Positions 17,187 through 24,359 of a stretch of DNA of 32,919 nucleotides are shown piece after piece. Numbering within the stretch: position 1 is the stretch's first letter; each line of letters begins with the position of its first letter. This DNA comes from Mycobacteriales bacterium. Its GTDB lineage: Bacteria > Actinomycetota > Actinomycetes > Mycobacteriales > SCTD01. The notes beneath the pieces are model-generated. The model was not told the origin of the DNA. It made no database searches and saw only the letters and a list, made by a program, of their open reading frames with translations. The position numbers were made by a program, and so were the translations under genes. The stretch is from contig JBHEMB010000433.1 in the NCBI GenBank assembly GCA_046262855.1, positions 1-32,919 on the forward strand, read 5' to 3'.

Positions 17187-18017
17187 TCAAGAGAAGAGGG
17201 CGTGTGGCGGCAGGGGCGCGACCGGCGGGTTCGCGTCCCAGCAGGCAGCAGCGGTACGGCGGAAGGCCGCGCCGTCCTCGACCCGCGCCCGGCCGAAGCT
17301 GCGCGCCGTGACACGACGCAGCTCGTCGAGGTCGAACGAGACGGCGGAGCCGGCGAGCACGACGTTCCCGAACCGCCTCCCGCGGAGCACCCCCGGGTCG
17401 GCCAGCACCACGACGTGAGGGAAGACCTCGAGCAGCGTCGCGGCCTGCGCACGGGCGAAGGCCAGGACACCGGTGTCGGCCACGTTCACGGCGTACCCGC
17501 CGGTGTCCTTGAGCACGGCACGCACCTCGCGGACGAACTCCACCGTGGCAAAGGCGCCTGGCACCCGGGCGCCGACGAACACGTCCGTCACGACCAGATC
17601 GCTGGTGCCCTTGGCGAGGTGCTGCAGGGCTTCGCGCCCGTCCCCGACGCGGAGCCGGAACCCGGTGGTGCCGAGCTGCGCGCGCACCAGCTCGACGAGC
17701 AGGTCGTCGGCCTCCACCACGACCTGCGTAGACCCGGGCCGGGTCGCGGCGACGTACCGCGGCAACGTGCAGGCGCCACCGCCCAGGTGCACGACGGCCA
17801 GCGGCGCGCCGGGCGTCCCGGTGGCGTCGACGACGTCGGCGAGCAACCGGACGTACTCGAACTCCAGGTGCTCAGGATCGTCGAGGTCGACGTAGGACTG
17901 CGGCGTGCCGTCGACCATGAGCTGCCAGCCGCGCGGCCGGTCGAGGTCGCGGGCGAGCTCGGCCGTGCCGAAGCGGACGGGCCATGAACCACCGGTCGGT
18001 TCCTGTCGGCGCGGCAC
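17187..18017 (-). CDS. spermidine-synthase-like (class I methyltransferase fold) protein
   Basis: GTPQSYVDLDDPEHLEFEYV, then a VVHLGGGACTLPRY glycine-rich loop and VVEADDLLV, as in spermine/spermidine synthase-like proteins. Confidence 0.75.
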   Translation of the reverse strand: MPRRQEPTGGSWPVRFGTAELARDLDRPRGWQLMVDGTPQSYVDLDDPEHLEFEYVRLLADVVDATGTPGAPLAVVHLGGGACTLPRYVAATRPGSTQVVVEADDLLVELVRAQLGTTGFRLRVGDGREALQHLAKGTSDLVVTDVFVGARVPGAFATVEFVREVRAVLKDTGGYAVNVADTGVLAFARAQAATLLEVFPHVVVLADPGVLRGRRFGNVVLAGSAVSFDLDELRRVTARSFGRARVEDGAAFRRTAAACWDANPPVAPLPPHALFS

Positions 18018-18033
18018 CCCGCCATTGTCAGGC

Positions 18034-18294
18034 CTAGCTGATCTCGCCGCCCTGGCCGTCGGTGCGGATGTCGGCGATGTCCTTGCAGGTGTCGCAGATC
18101 GGGAGCGACTTCGGGTCCTTGGACGGCGTGAAGACGTGACCGCACAGCGCCTCGACAGGCGTGCCGAGGATGTAGGCCTCCGTGACCTTGCCTGGGTCCT
18201 TGACGATGTGCGCGACCGAGCCGGGGTCCTGGAGCTCGCGCTCCTCGGTCCGCTCCTCGATCAGCGTGCTGGTGCCGAGGTGAGGGGTGGTCAT
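18034..18294 (-). CDS. DUF3039 domain protein
   Basis: The conserved pattern ...VAHIV...VEALCGHVFTPSKDPKSLPICDTCKDI matches the actinobacterial DUF3039 family as I remember it. Confidence 0.8.
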   Translation of the reverse strand: MTTPHLGTSTLIEERTEERELQDPGSVAHIVKDPGKVTEAYILGTPVEALCGHVFTPSKDPKSLPICDTCKDIADIRTDGQGGEIS

Positions 18295-18314
18295 GCCTCC
18301 AGGCTAAGCCGTGA

Positions 18315-18563
18315 TCAGGCCACGTCCAGGAGGAAGAGCTCCAGGTCCCGCAGGCCGCGCTCCACCTCGGCGGTCACGGCGCGCTCGCTGGGGGAGATCG
18401 GCCCGAGGCCCGGTGGCGGCCGATGGCCTTCAGGCAGTGCTGGCAGCGCCGCGTCCGGATCGTCGAGGACTCCCTCGAGGCTGCGTGTGGCGTGCCAGTG
18501 CAGCGCCCCCACGCCCAGCAGCAGGAGGACACCGATTCCCGTCACCAGCAGTGCGATCGTCAT
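18315..18563 (-). CDS. small single-TM hypothetical protein (82 aa)
   Basis: ATG at 18563 has GGAAGGAG about 7 nt upstream. N-terminal TM helix (IALLVTGIGVLLLLGVGAL). No family recognised. Confidence 0.5.
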   Translation of the reverse strand: MTIALLVTGIGVLLLLGVGALHWHATRSLEGVLDDPDAALPALPEGHRPPPGLGPISPSERAVTAEVERGLRDLELFLLDVA

Positions 18564-18772
18564 GGTGGCTCCTTCCCCTGGGTGTGGCTGTCGGCAAGTT
18601 CACAGCCGATCTGGAGGGGCTGTCCGGGGGGACCGAAGCGCCCGTTCGTGGGAAGACGCCGGGGCCGGGACTTGTTAGCGTGGGTGCTGCACCAGCTCAT
18701 ACATGGCCCCCGGTCCCACACTCGTCGCTACGAGCGACACACCGCCGAGAGGCGACCTGAGGGCTGGTGCAC

Positions 18773-18804
18773 CGGCCGTCCCAGGGGAGACCCTGGGACG
18801 GCCG
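18773..18804 (+). terminator. 14-bp GC stem with GAGA tetraloop followed by UCCUUUC; terminator or attenuator in a 5' leader
   Basis: cggccgtcccaggg (18773-18786), gaga, ccctgggacggccg (18791-18804): perfect complementarity, followed by tcctttc. The AGGAGA RBS (18817-18822) and GTG 18829 lie just downstream. Confidence 0.45.
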
Positions 18805-18828
18805 TCCTTTCGAGACAGGAGAGAACCC

Positions 18829-19128
18829 GTGCCCGAGCGACCGTCGCGCGTGCGCTGCATGCCGCCGCACGAGGTCGACAGCCACGCGGCGACGGTGGCG
18901 TCGCACGAGGCAGAGCTCGTCGCGCGCCTCGAGGCGGCGCTCGCGGCGCTACCGGAGGCGGAGCGCAGGGCGGTGGTCGCGGCGATCGGATATGCCGGCG
19001 GGTCGGTGGGCGCGGCGATGGAGCTCGGGCTGGAGATCCACGACGCCGACGCGCTCACCCGCAACGGGCTGCAGCTGCTGCGGGGAGCGCTCGCCGACCT
19101 CGATGCCCACGGCCGGCCGCTGCGCTGA
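18829..19128 (+). CDS. small protein resembling sigma-70 region 4 (HTH) only
   Basis: GTG at 18829 has AGGAGA 6-7 nt upstream. LPEAERRAVVAAIGYAGGSVGAAMELGLEIHDADALTRNGLQLLRGAL resembles the sigma-70 region 4.2 / LuxR-type HTH. The track start at 18703 runs through the hairpin and is unlikely. Confidence 0.55.
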   Translation: MPERPSRVRCMPPHEVDSHAATVASHEAELVARLEAALAALPEAERRAVVAAIGYAGGSVGAAMELGLEIHDADALTRNGLQLLRGALADLDAHGRPLR

Positions 19129-19155
19129 CGGTCAGCGCTCGGGGTGCACGCGCAC

Positions 19156-20001
19156 TCAGTGAGCGGCCGCGGGGAGGGCGAACCGCTCGCGGCGGCAGAG
19201 GGCGAGCACGCCGGTGATGCACAGCGCTGCGCCGGCGATGGCTGCTGCCAAAGACGCGCCGGACGTGGGGAGGTCGTCGTGCAGCACCGTCACCGCCAGC
19301 GCGACCGCAACGGCGGGCTCGGTGATCGTCAGGGCCGCCAGCGGTGCCCCGATGTCGCCGGTCTGGAACGCGATCTGGGCCAGCAGCAGGCCCAGCGCCC
19401 CCACGAGGACCCCGACGTACACGGCCGAGGACCCGAATAGCTCGGACCAGTCGCCGAACCGCGCCGCGATGACGGCGAGCAGCACCGAGCCCGCGCCGGT
19501 GACGCAGCCCGCCGCTGCCCCGGCGTACACCCCGCCGAAGCGGGGCTGGGAGCGCAGCGCGATCAAGGGCACCGAGACGGCAGCGACGACGAGCCCGGCG
19601 AGCAGGGCGGTGGACCGGGACGGGTCGTGGCCAGAGGGCGTGGCAGACAGCGCCGGTGCCAGCAAGGCGATGCCGGGTGCGCAGAGCAGGGTGCCGAGTA
19701 CCTCGTGCCGATGCATCCGCCGACGCTGCAGCAGCGCCGAGAGCAGAGCAGCCAGCGGCAGCCCCGACACCAGCAGCGACTGGACGAGGGGCACCGAGCC
19801 GTAACCGAAGGCGACGGCCTGCAGGGCGATCGCGCCGCCGTCCGCGGCGATGCCGAGCAGCCACAACGGCCGGCGGGCGAGCCGCAGCAGCAGGGAGGCG
19901 GGCGCGCCCTTGGCCACCGCGTTGGCTTCCTGGTGCTGCACCGCGGCGCCGATCGCGAACAGCGAGGCGGCCCCGAAAGCCGCCAGCACCGCCCAGGTCA
20001 T
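19156..20001 (-). CDS. DMT-superfamily (EamA-like) membrane transporter
   Basis: About 10 predicted hydrophobic helices and Gly/Ala-rich repeat halves. ATG at 20001 overlaps the upstream stop (ATGA). Confidence 0.8.
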   Translation of the reverse strand: MTWAVLAAFGAASLFAIGAAVQHQEANAVAKGAPASLLLRLARRPLWLLGIAADGGAIALQAVAFGYGSVPLVQSLLVSGLPLAALLSALLQRRRMHRHEVLGTLLCAPGIALLAPALSATPSGHDPSRSTALLAGLVVAAVSVPLIALRSQPRFGGVYAGAAAGCVTGAGSVLLAVIAARFGDWSELFGSSAVYVGVLVGALGLLLAQIAFQTGDIGAPLAALTITEPAVAVALAVTVLHDDLPTSGASLAAAIAGAALCITGVLALCRRERFALPAAAH

Positions 20002-20711
20002 CGCAGCCCGTGGGACCCGACGGTCCCGACGTCGAGATCCCGTTGGTGCAGGGCGTCGACCAGCAAGGGCAGGGCGGCGAGAGTGGCCCGCCAGGAGCCG
20101 GGCTCGCTCGTGCAGTCGGAGTCGTGCAGCAGCACCGTCCCGCCGTCGAGCCGGCCGCGCAGCACCTCGTCAACGATGTCGGACGCCTTCAGGTCGCGCT
20201 GCCAGTCCTGGCCCCAGGCGGTCCACAGGACGGTACGCAGGCCGAGCTGCTTGGCGACGACCACGTCAGCGGCGGTCAGGGCGCCGTACGGGGGCCGGAA
20301 GTACTCCGGGCGGACGCCGGTCTGGAGCTCGATGAGGTCCGCGGTCCGGGCGAGCTGGTCGGCCGTGCGCCGGCCGGGGAGGTTGCGCAGGTGGTTGCGA
20401 TGGTCCCAGGAGTGGACGGCGACCTCATGACCCTCGGCGACGATCCGGCGGGCGACGTCCGGGTAGCGCAGGCACATCTCGCCGAGCAGGAAGAAGGTCG
20501 CCTTCACGTCCAGCTCGGCGAGCCGGTCGAGGAAGCGCGGGGTGCTCTGCGCGTCGGGGCCGTCGTCGAAGGTCAGGGCGACGTGGCCGGGGCGACCGCG
20601 CCCGTTGAGGGCGGGAGCGAACCTCTTGCCGGCAGGCACGAAGGTCACCAGCGGAGCCGCCTGGACGGCGGCGGCGACAGCCCCGCAGGCGAGCAGGGCC
20701 TTGCCGAGCAT
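19998..20711 (-). CDS. polysaccharide deacetylase (NodB homology, CE4) with N-terminal signal/anchor
   Basis: CE4 motifs ALTFDDGPD, HSWDH and RPPYG. N-terminal hydrophobic segment MLGKALLACGAVAAAVQAA. Confidence 0.9.
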   Translation of the reverse strand: MLGKALLACGAVAAAVQAAPLVTFVPAGKRFAPALNGRGRPGHVALTFDDGPDAQSTPRFLDRLAELDVKATFFLLGEMCLRYPDVARRIVAEGHEVAVHSWDHRNHLRNLPGRRTADQLARTADLIELQTGVRPEYFRPPYGALTAADVVVAKQLGLRTVLWTAWGQDWQRDLKASDIVDEVLRGRLDGGTVLLHDSDCTSEPGSWRATLAALPLLVDALHQRDLDVGTVGSHGLR

Positions 20712-22465
20712 CAGGACCGGTCGTCCGCGAAGACGTCGACGAGCGGCCGCTGCGGGAGCAGCTGGGTGGCGGACAGCGCCAGCATCCCCGCGAGGTCGTG
20801 CTCGACCTGGCCCGGGGTGCGGCCGCGCTCATCGAGGATCACCACGTCGCCCAGGTTCAGCGTCGTCGGCAGCACGCCACCGCGGACCACCACCTTCGAC
20901 AGCGCCAGCTGGACCTTGTGGTCGCGCGCGACGGTCCACTCGACGATGCCCGGCGCCTTGAGGCAGACGACCTTGGGCCGCTCCCCGGGCGCGTAGGTGA
21001 CGGCCTCGGCGGCGTTGTTCATCGACTGCTTCAGCGTGCGCGGGTTGCGGCTGCTGACGCCGGTGTCGGCGCCGACGACCGTGACGCCGTGGGCGACCAG
21101 GGTCCGGATGTCGGTCGGCGTCGGGGCGCTGCTGCTGTGGCCGACGGCGACGGAGGCGCGGGAAGTGCGCAGCGCGCGCAGCACCTGGCTGTTCGCGACC
21201 TGCTGGTGGTCGACGAGCGCCGCCACGTACACCGCGTCGCGGCTCTTCGCGACCCCGACTCCGTGCTCGCTGGCCTGGGCGACACCGAAGGACACGGCCG
21301 TGATGGTGAGCGGGACACCCGCGGTGACGGCTGCGGCCCGGACGGCGATCCGCCGGGCCGTCGCACCGGCGGGCCGCGGCGCGTGGACGACGGGTGCCTG
21401 GGCGAGCTCGAGCAGCTCGTCGGTCGGGTCCGTAAGGAACATGCCGCGCGCCCTGGCCGCCATGGCGGCGCCCTCCTCGGTGCGGCTCAGGCGACGGATC
21501 TCACTGATGAGCTCCGTCTCCGTGGTCGCGTCGGCGGCGACGCCCGCCTGCTTCATGGCGAGCGAGTTGCGGTGGCCGTGGCCCGGCAGGCAGGCGTACC
21601 CGATGACCGGTACGCCGACGGCGAACCCCTCGAGGCAGGACAGCCCGCCCGCGTTGTGGACGAGCACGTCGGCGGCAGCCAGCAGCCGCCGTACCTCCTT
21701 CGTCCAGCCGAGCGCGATGACGCCGTCCTCCGCGTCGAGCTCCTTGAGGAGGCCCTCGTTGCGGCCGCACATCACGACCGGGGTGCCGACGCCAGCGTCG
21801 CGGATCGCCCGGGCCGTGTCCCCGATGCCACCGACACCCCACGAGCCCCCGACGAGCAGGACGAGGTGCTCGTCGTGGGCCACGCCGAGCAGCTCCCGGC
21901 CCTCAGCGCGCTCCGCAGCGGTTGCCGGGGACAGGAACGTGTCAGGCAGCACGGGGCCGACGGCGAACGACGGGACGCCGGCCCGGTTGATGGCCTCCAC
22001 GGCGCTGCCGTGCCAGACGGTGAAGTTCTTGTCCAGCCCCTTGTGCAGCCACAGGGCGTGCACGTCGACGTCGGTGAGGAAGCCGACCGCAGGGATCGGC
22101 AGCTTGCCCTTGCGGCGCAGCGCACCCGTCGCCTGACAGCCCAGCGGGTACGTCGAGATGACGACGTCGTAGTCGCGGGCGATCTTGCGGACCTTGCGCT
22201 GACCGAGCTGGCCGAGGTACGCCGCGATCGGTGCGATGACGCCGCGGTCCATCTTCCCGTAGAGCCACTCGTAGGAGGCCGGGGCGTGCTTGAGCTGCTG
22301 CTGGTAGAAGCCCCGGTAGAACGGGCCCATCCGGGCCGGCAGCAGCTCGAGGTAGTCGTAGACCTTCGCCTGGGCGCCGCGCGCGTGCAGCCGGCGCTCG
22401 AGCTCGTAGGCGACGCCGTCGTGGCCCGCGCCCATCGCGGCCGAGATGATGAGCACCGCCGGCAC
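20711..22465 (-). CDS. GT28/MGDG-synthase-like glycosyltransferase fused to a TM segment and an uncharacterised C-terminal domain of about 190 aa
   Basis: N-terminal SAAMGAGHDG loop, GGSWGVG, and the GT-B C-terminal motif HNAGGLSCLEGFAVGVPVI. Then a hydrophobic helix (AAAVTAGVPLTITAVSFGVAQA) and an extra domain. The start is uncertain: GTG 22465 or 22456, no clear RBS. The track start at 22735 (TTG) lies inside a terminator hairpin and is rejected. Confidence 0.8.
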   Translation of the reverse strand: MPAVLIISAAMGAGHDGVAYELERRLHARGAQAKVYDYLELLPARMGPFYRGFYQQQLKHAPASYEWLYGKMDRGVIAPIAAYLGQLGQRKVRKIARDYDVVISTYPLGCQATGALRRKGKLPIPAVGFLTDVDVHALWLHKGLDKNFTVWHGSAVEAINRAGVPSFAVGPVLPDTFLSPATAAERAEGRELLGVAHDEHLVLLVGGSWGVGGIGDTARAIRDAGVGTPVVMCGRNEGLLKELDAEDGVIALGWTKEVRRLLAAADVLVHNAGGLSCLEGFAVGVPVIGYACLPGHGHRNSLAMKQAGVAADATTETELISEIRRLSRTEEGAAMAARARGMFLTDPTDELLELAQAPVVHAPRPAGATARRIAVRAAAVTAGVPLTITAVSFGVAQASEHGVGVAKSRDAVYVAALVDHQQVANSQVLRALRTSRASVAVGHSSSAPTPTDIRTLVAHGVTVVGADTGVSSRNPRTLKQSMNNAAEAVTYAPGERPKVVCLKAPGIVEWTVARDHKVQLALSKVVVRGGVLPTTLNLGDVVILDERGRTPGQVEHDLAGMLALSATQLLPQRPLVDVFADDRS

Positions 22466-22599
22466 GTCAGAGGTCGATCGTGCGCGCGCACGGGGCACCG
22501 CGCACCTCCACCTGGACCGTTGCCGACCACGCTGGCGGCACTCGTGGATCAAGTGTGCCAGTTGGCCTCGGCCACAACCTGCAAGGACGCTGAGTGCCG

Positions 22600-22660
22600 C
22601 CGTGAGACATGGCTCACGATGTTCTCCGTGAGACTTGCACGATGTTCGCTGTGAGAGCAC
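22600..22660 (-). promoter_or_regulatory. interleaved direct repeats upstream of the glycosyltransferase operon
   Basis: Plus-strand gtgaga at 22602, 22628 and 22651. cacgatgttc at 22615 and 22638 (23-nt period). The first unit also contains the inverted repeat cgtgag-N6-ctcacg (22601-22618). The site lies about 135-195 nt upstream of the putative start at 22465. Confidence 0.4.
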
Positions 22661-22706
22661 TCGCGTGTCGGAGCACGCTCGTCGGTGCGCGGGGCAGCAA
22701 CATGGA

Positions 22707-22745
22707 ACGAGGCCCCTTGCATGTAGGAGATGCAAGGGGCCTCGT
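22707..22745 (-). terminator. perfect 16-bp stem / 7-nt loop hairpin, probably a minus-strand intrinsic terminator
   Basis: acgaggccccttgcat (22707-22722) pairs perfectly with atgcaaggggcctcgt (22730-22745). On the minus strand it is followed by UUCCAUGUUGCUG. On the plus strand it is followed by GC-rich sequence. Confidence 0.6.
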
Positions 22746-23010
22746 GCCGGTCCCGGTGCCCAGACGTCTCGATCGCTCGAGAGCGCCCTGGCCTTCCAGG
22801 TCCGGCTCTTGCGAGCCGGTCCCGTCCTCCGGTCCGACGGCCAGCGGATCTCGTCGTACCTCCTGCGAGGGCCCGGTCTCCCGGGCCTCCGCGGCTCCGG
22901 GAGTCGCCCCCCGGGTGGTCCGCCGTCCTGCTGGCTGGTGGATGTCTAGTCGGTTGTGACGCAGAGCACAAGGCCTGCGCACCAAGGAGTCTCGGACTTT
23001 CTCGTCGCCC
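22746..23010 (-). ncRNA. candidate structured non-coding RNA or long structured 3' UTR, family unknown
   Basis: No credible ORF. Three minus-strand hairpins are capped by GNRA tetraloops: 22767-22782 (GCGA), 22802-22819 (GCAA) and 22865-22892 (GAGA). More stems lie at 22787-22800 and about 22832-22861. The region ends at the 22707-22745 terminator. The 5' end is undetermined. Confidence 0.3.
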
Positions 23011-23081
23011 ACAGGATGTCCCCAGGGCACCGGCGTGTCGTCCCCAGTTCGCCGCTGTTGTCCACCGGTTGTGCACCGCCG

Positions 23082-23099
23082 CGTCCCCAGCTGGGGACG
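23082..23099. repeat. 18-bp perfect palindrome CGTCCCCAGCTGGGGACG within a GTCCCCAG repeat cluster
   Basis: Read directly. Further copies of gtccccag lie at 23018-23025 and 23040-23047, and gtgccccag at 23099-23107. Confidence 0.7.
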
Positions 23100-23193
23100 T
23101 GCCCCAGTGAGCGGTCTGCGGCTCAGGCGCCGGAGTCGGACAGCGGTACGGGTGCTGACCCGCTGGGGTTTCCAGGATCGGCGGGAAGACCCT

Positions 23194-24306
23194 TCAGAGC
23201 CGGACGCCGTGGGCGCGCAGCCAGCTCAGCGGATCGACCGGATGGTCGTCGACGCGGACCTCGGCGTGCAGGTGCGGCCCGGTCGACTCGCCCTCGGACC
23301 CGACGAGCGCGATCGGCTGGCCGGCGCGCACCGGACCGCTGGGGACCAGGATCCGGGACACGTGCCCGTACACGGTGGTCACGCCGCCCGGGTGGCTGAG
23401 CACGACCTCCTGACCGAAGCCGCGGGCCGGTCCGGCGTACAGCACGACGCCGTCGGCCATCGCGTAGACGGGGGCGCCGTAGGGCGCGGCGATGTCGATG
23501 CCGTCGTGGAAGAGCACGACGTGCTTGAGAGGGTGCATCCGGTACCCGAAGCCTGACGACACCCGGCCGACCACCGGCACCACCCAGCCGCGCCGGACGG
23601 TCTGCACCCGGGCGTACTGGACGGCGCTGACCGACATCCCCGGGGCGGCCGAGCGAGCGAGCCGGGCGCTGTCCTGCGCCGGTCGCTGCGGCGTGCTGAG
23701 GAGCAGTCCTGTCCCCGGGGTGAGGCCGAGCTCGAGGGCGCGCTGCGCGCTGATGACCAACCCGATGCCGGGGATGGCGGTAGTGGTGAACGACCCCACC
23801 CGCAGCTGCGACGGGAAGGTCGCCTGCATGAGCACCTCGCTCCCGAGCGGCAGCTCGAAGGCGCGGCCCACGACGTGCGCGACAGCACCGTCGCCGGCCG
23901 CCACCGACTGCCAGACCGCCGTCGACTCGGCCGTCCCCTTGGGCGTCCAGGCCCGGAAGGTCGACGGGTCCACGCCGAGTGCCGTGGTCTGGCCCTTCTC
24001 GACGAAGACCCGGCCGGCACTGACGAGCAGGGCTGCCTTGGCTCCGGTGCGAGCGATGATCCGCTTCACCTGCGTGGCCGTGAGAGGGGACTTCGACGTG
24101 ATCAGCACCGACGTGTGCACGCGGGTCTTGAGCGCGGCCACTGCCGGGGCCGGCGACGCGGTGGGCGTGGCCGACCGATGCGGAGCAGGGGCGGCACTGG
24201 TCTGCCGCGACACGGCGACACCGCCGACGGCCACGGCGACACCCACGGCGAGCAGGCCGGCGGGCAGTGCCTTGAGGACCCTCGCGGGGATGCGCACGCC
24301 GGTCAT
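23194..24306 (-). CDS. M23-family metallopeptidase (secreted or anchored)
   Basis: N-terminal anchor (LPAGLLAVGVAVAVGGVAV). M23 motifs FHDGIDIAAP (HxxxD) and GPHLHAEV (HxH). GGGAGG lies upstream of the ATG at 24306. Confidence 0.9.
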   Translation of the reverse strand: MTGVRIPARVLKALPAGLLAVGVAVAVGGVAVSRQTSAAPAPHRSATPTASPAPAVAALKTRVHTSVLITSKSPLTATQVKRIIARTGAKAALLVSAGRVFVEKGQTTALGVDPSTFRAWTPKGTAESTAVWQSVAAGDGAVAHVVGRAFELPLGSEVLMQATFPSQLRVGSFTTTAIPGIGLVISAQRALELGLTPGTGLLLSTPQRPAQDSARLARSAAPGMSVSAVQYARVQTVRRGWVVPVVGRVSSGFGYRMHPLKHVVLFHDGIDIAAPYGAPVYAMADGVVLYAGPARGFGQEVVLSHPGGVTTVYGHVSRILVPSGPVRAGQPIALVGSEGESTGPHLHAEVRVDDHPVDPLSWLRAHGVRL

Positions 24307-24359
24307 CCTCCCGCATCGACGTGCCGGCGCGGGGACCTAAGGCAGAGCGACCGGACGGG

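Noticed and set aside
22600-22660. CRISPR-like short repeats.
   Set aside because: There are only 2-3 imperfect copies with a 23-26 nt period, no spacer-sized unique segments and no cas genes in the window.
22865-22892. Cobalamin riboswitch B12 box look-alike (cccgggagaccgggcc).
   Set aside because: It matches the B12-box consensus only partly. The other conserved cobalamin-riboswitch core elements (for example GCCACTG) are absent, and the downstream genes are unrelated to B12.
22937-23010. Possible tmRNA or RNase P RNA. The minus strand contains CCACCA (22937-22943 region) and GAGAAAGTCCGAG, which resembles the RNase P P4 strand GAGGAAAGTCCGG.
   Set aside because: No T-arm GGTTCGAnTCC or tag reading frame for tmRNA, and CCACCA sits at the wrong end. 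None of the other universal RNase P elements (GGTAAGGGTGAAA, ACAGAAnCCGGCTTA) are present.
22549-23076. ORFs of 104-175 aa on both strands inside the large intergenic gap.
   Set aside because: They are Arg/Pro/Gly-rich, have no RBS and overlap each other. They run through hairpins and repeats. I treat the gap as non-coding.
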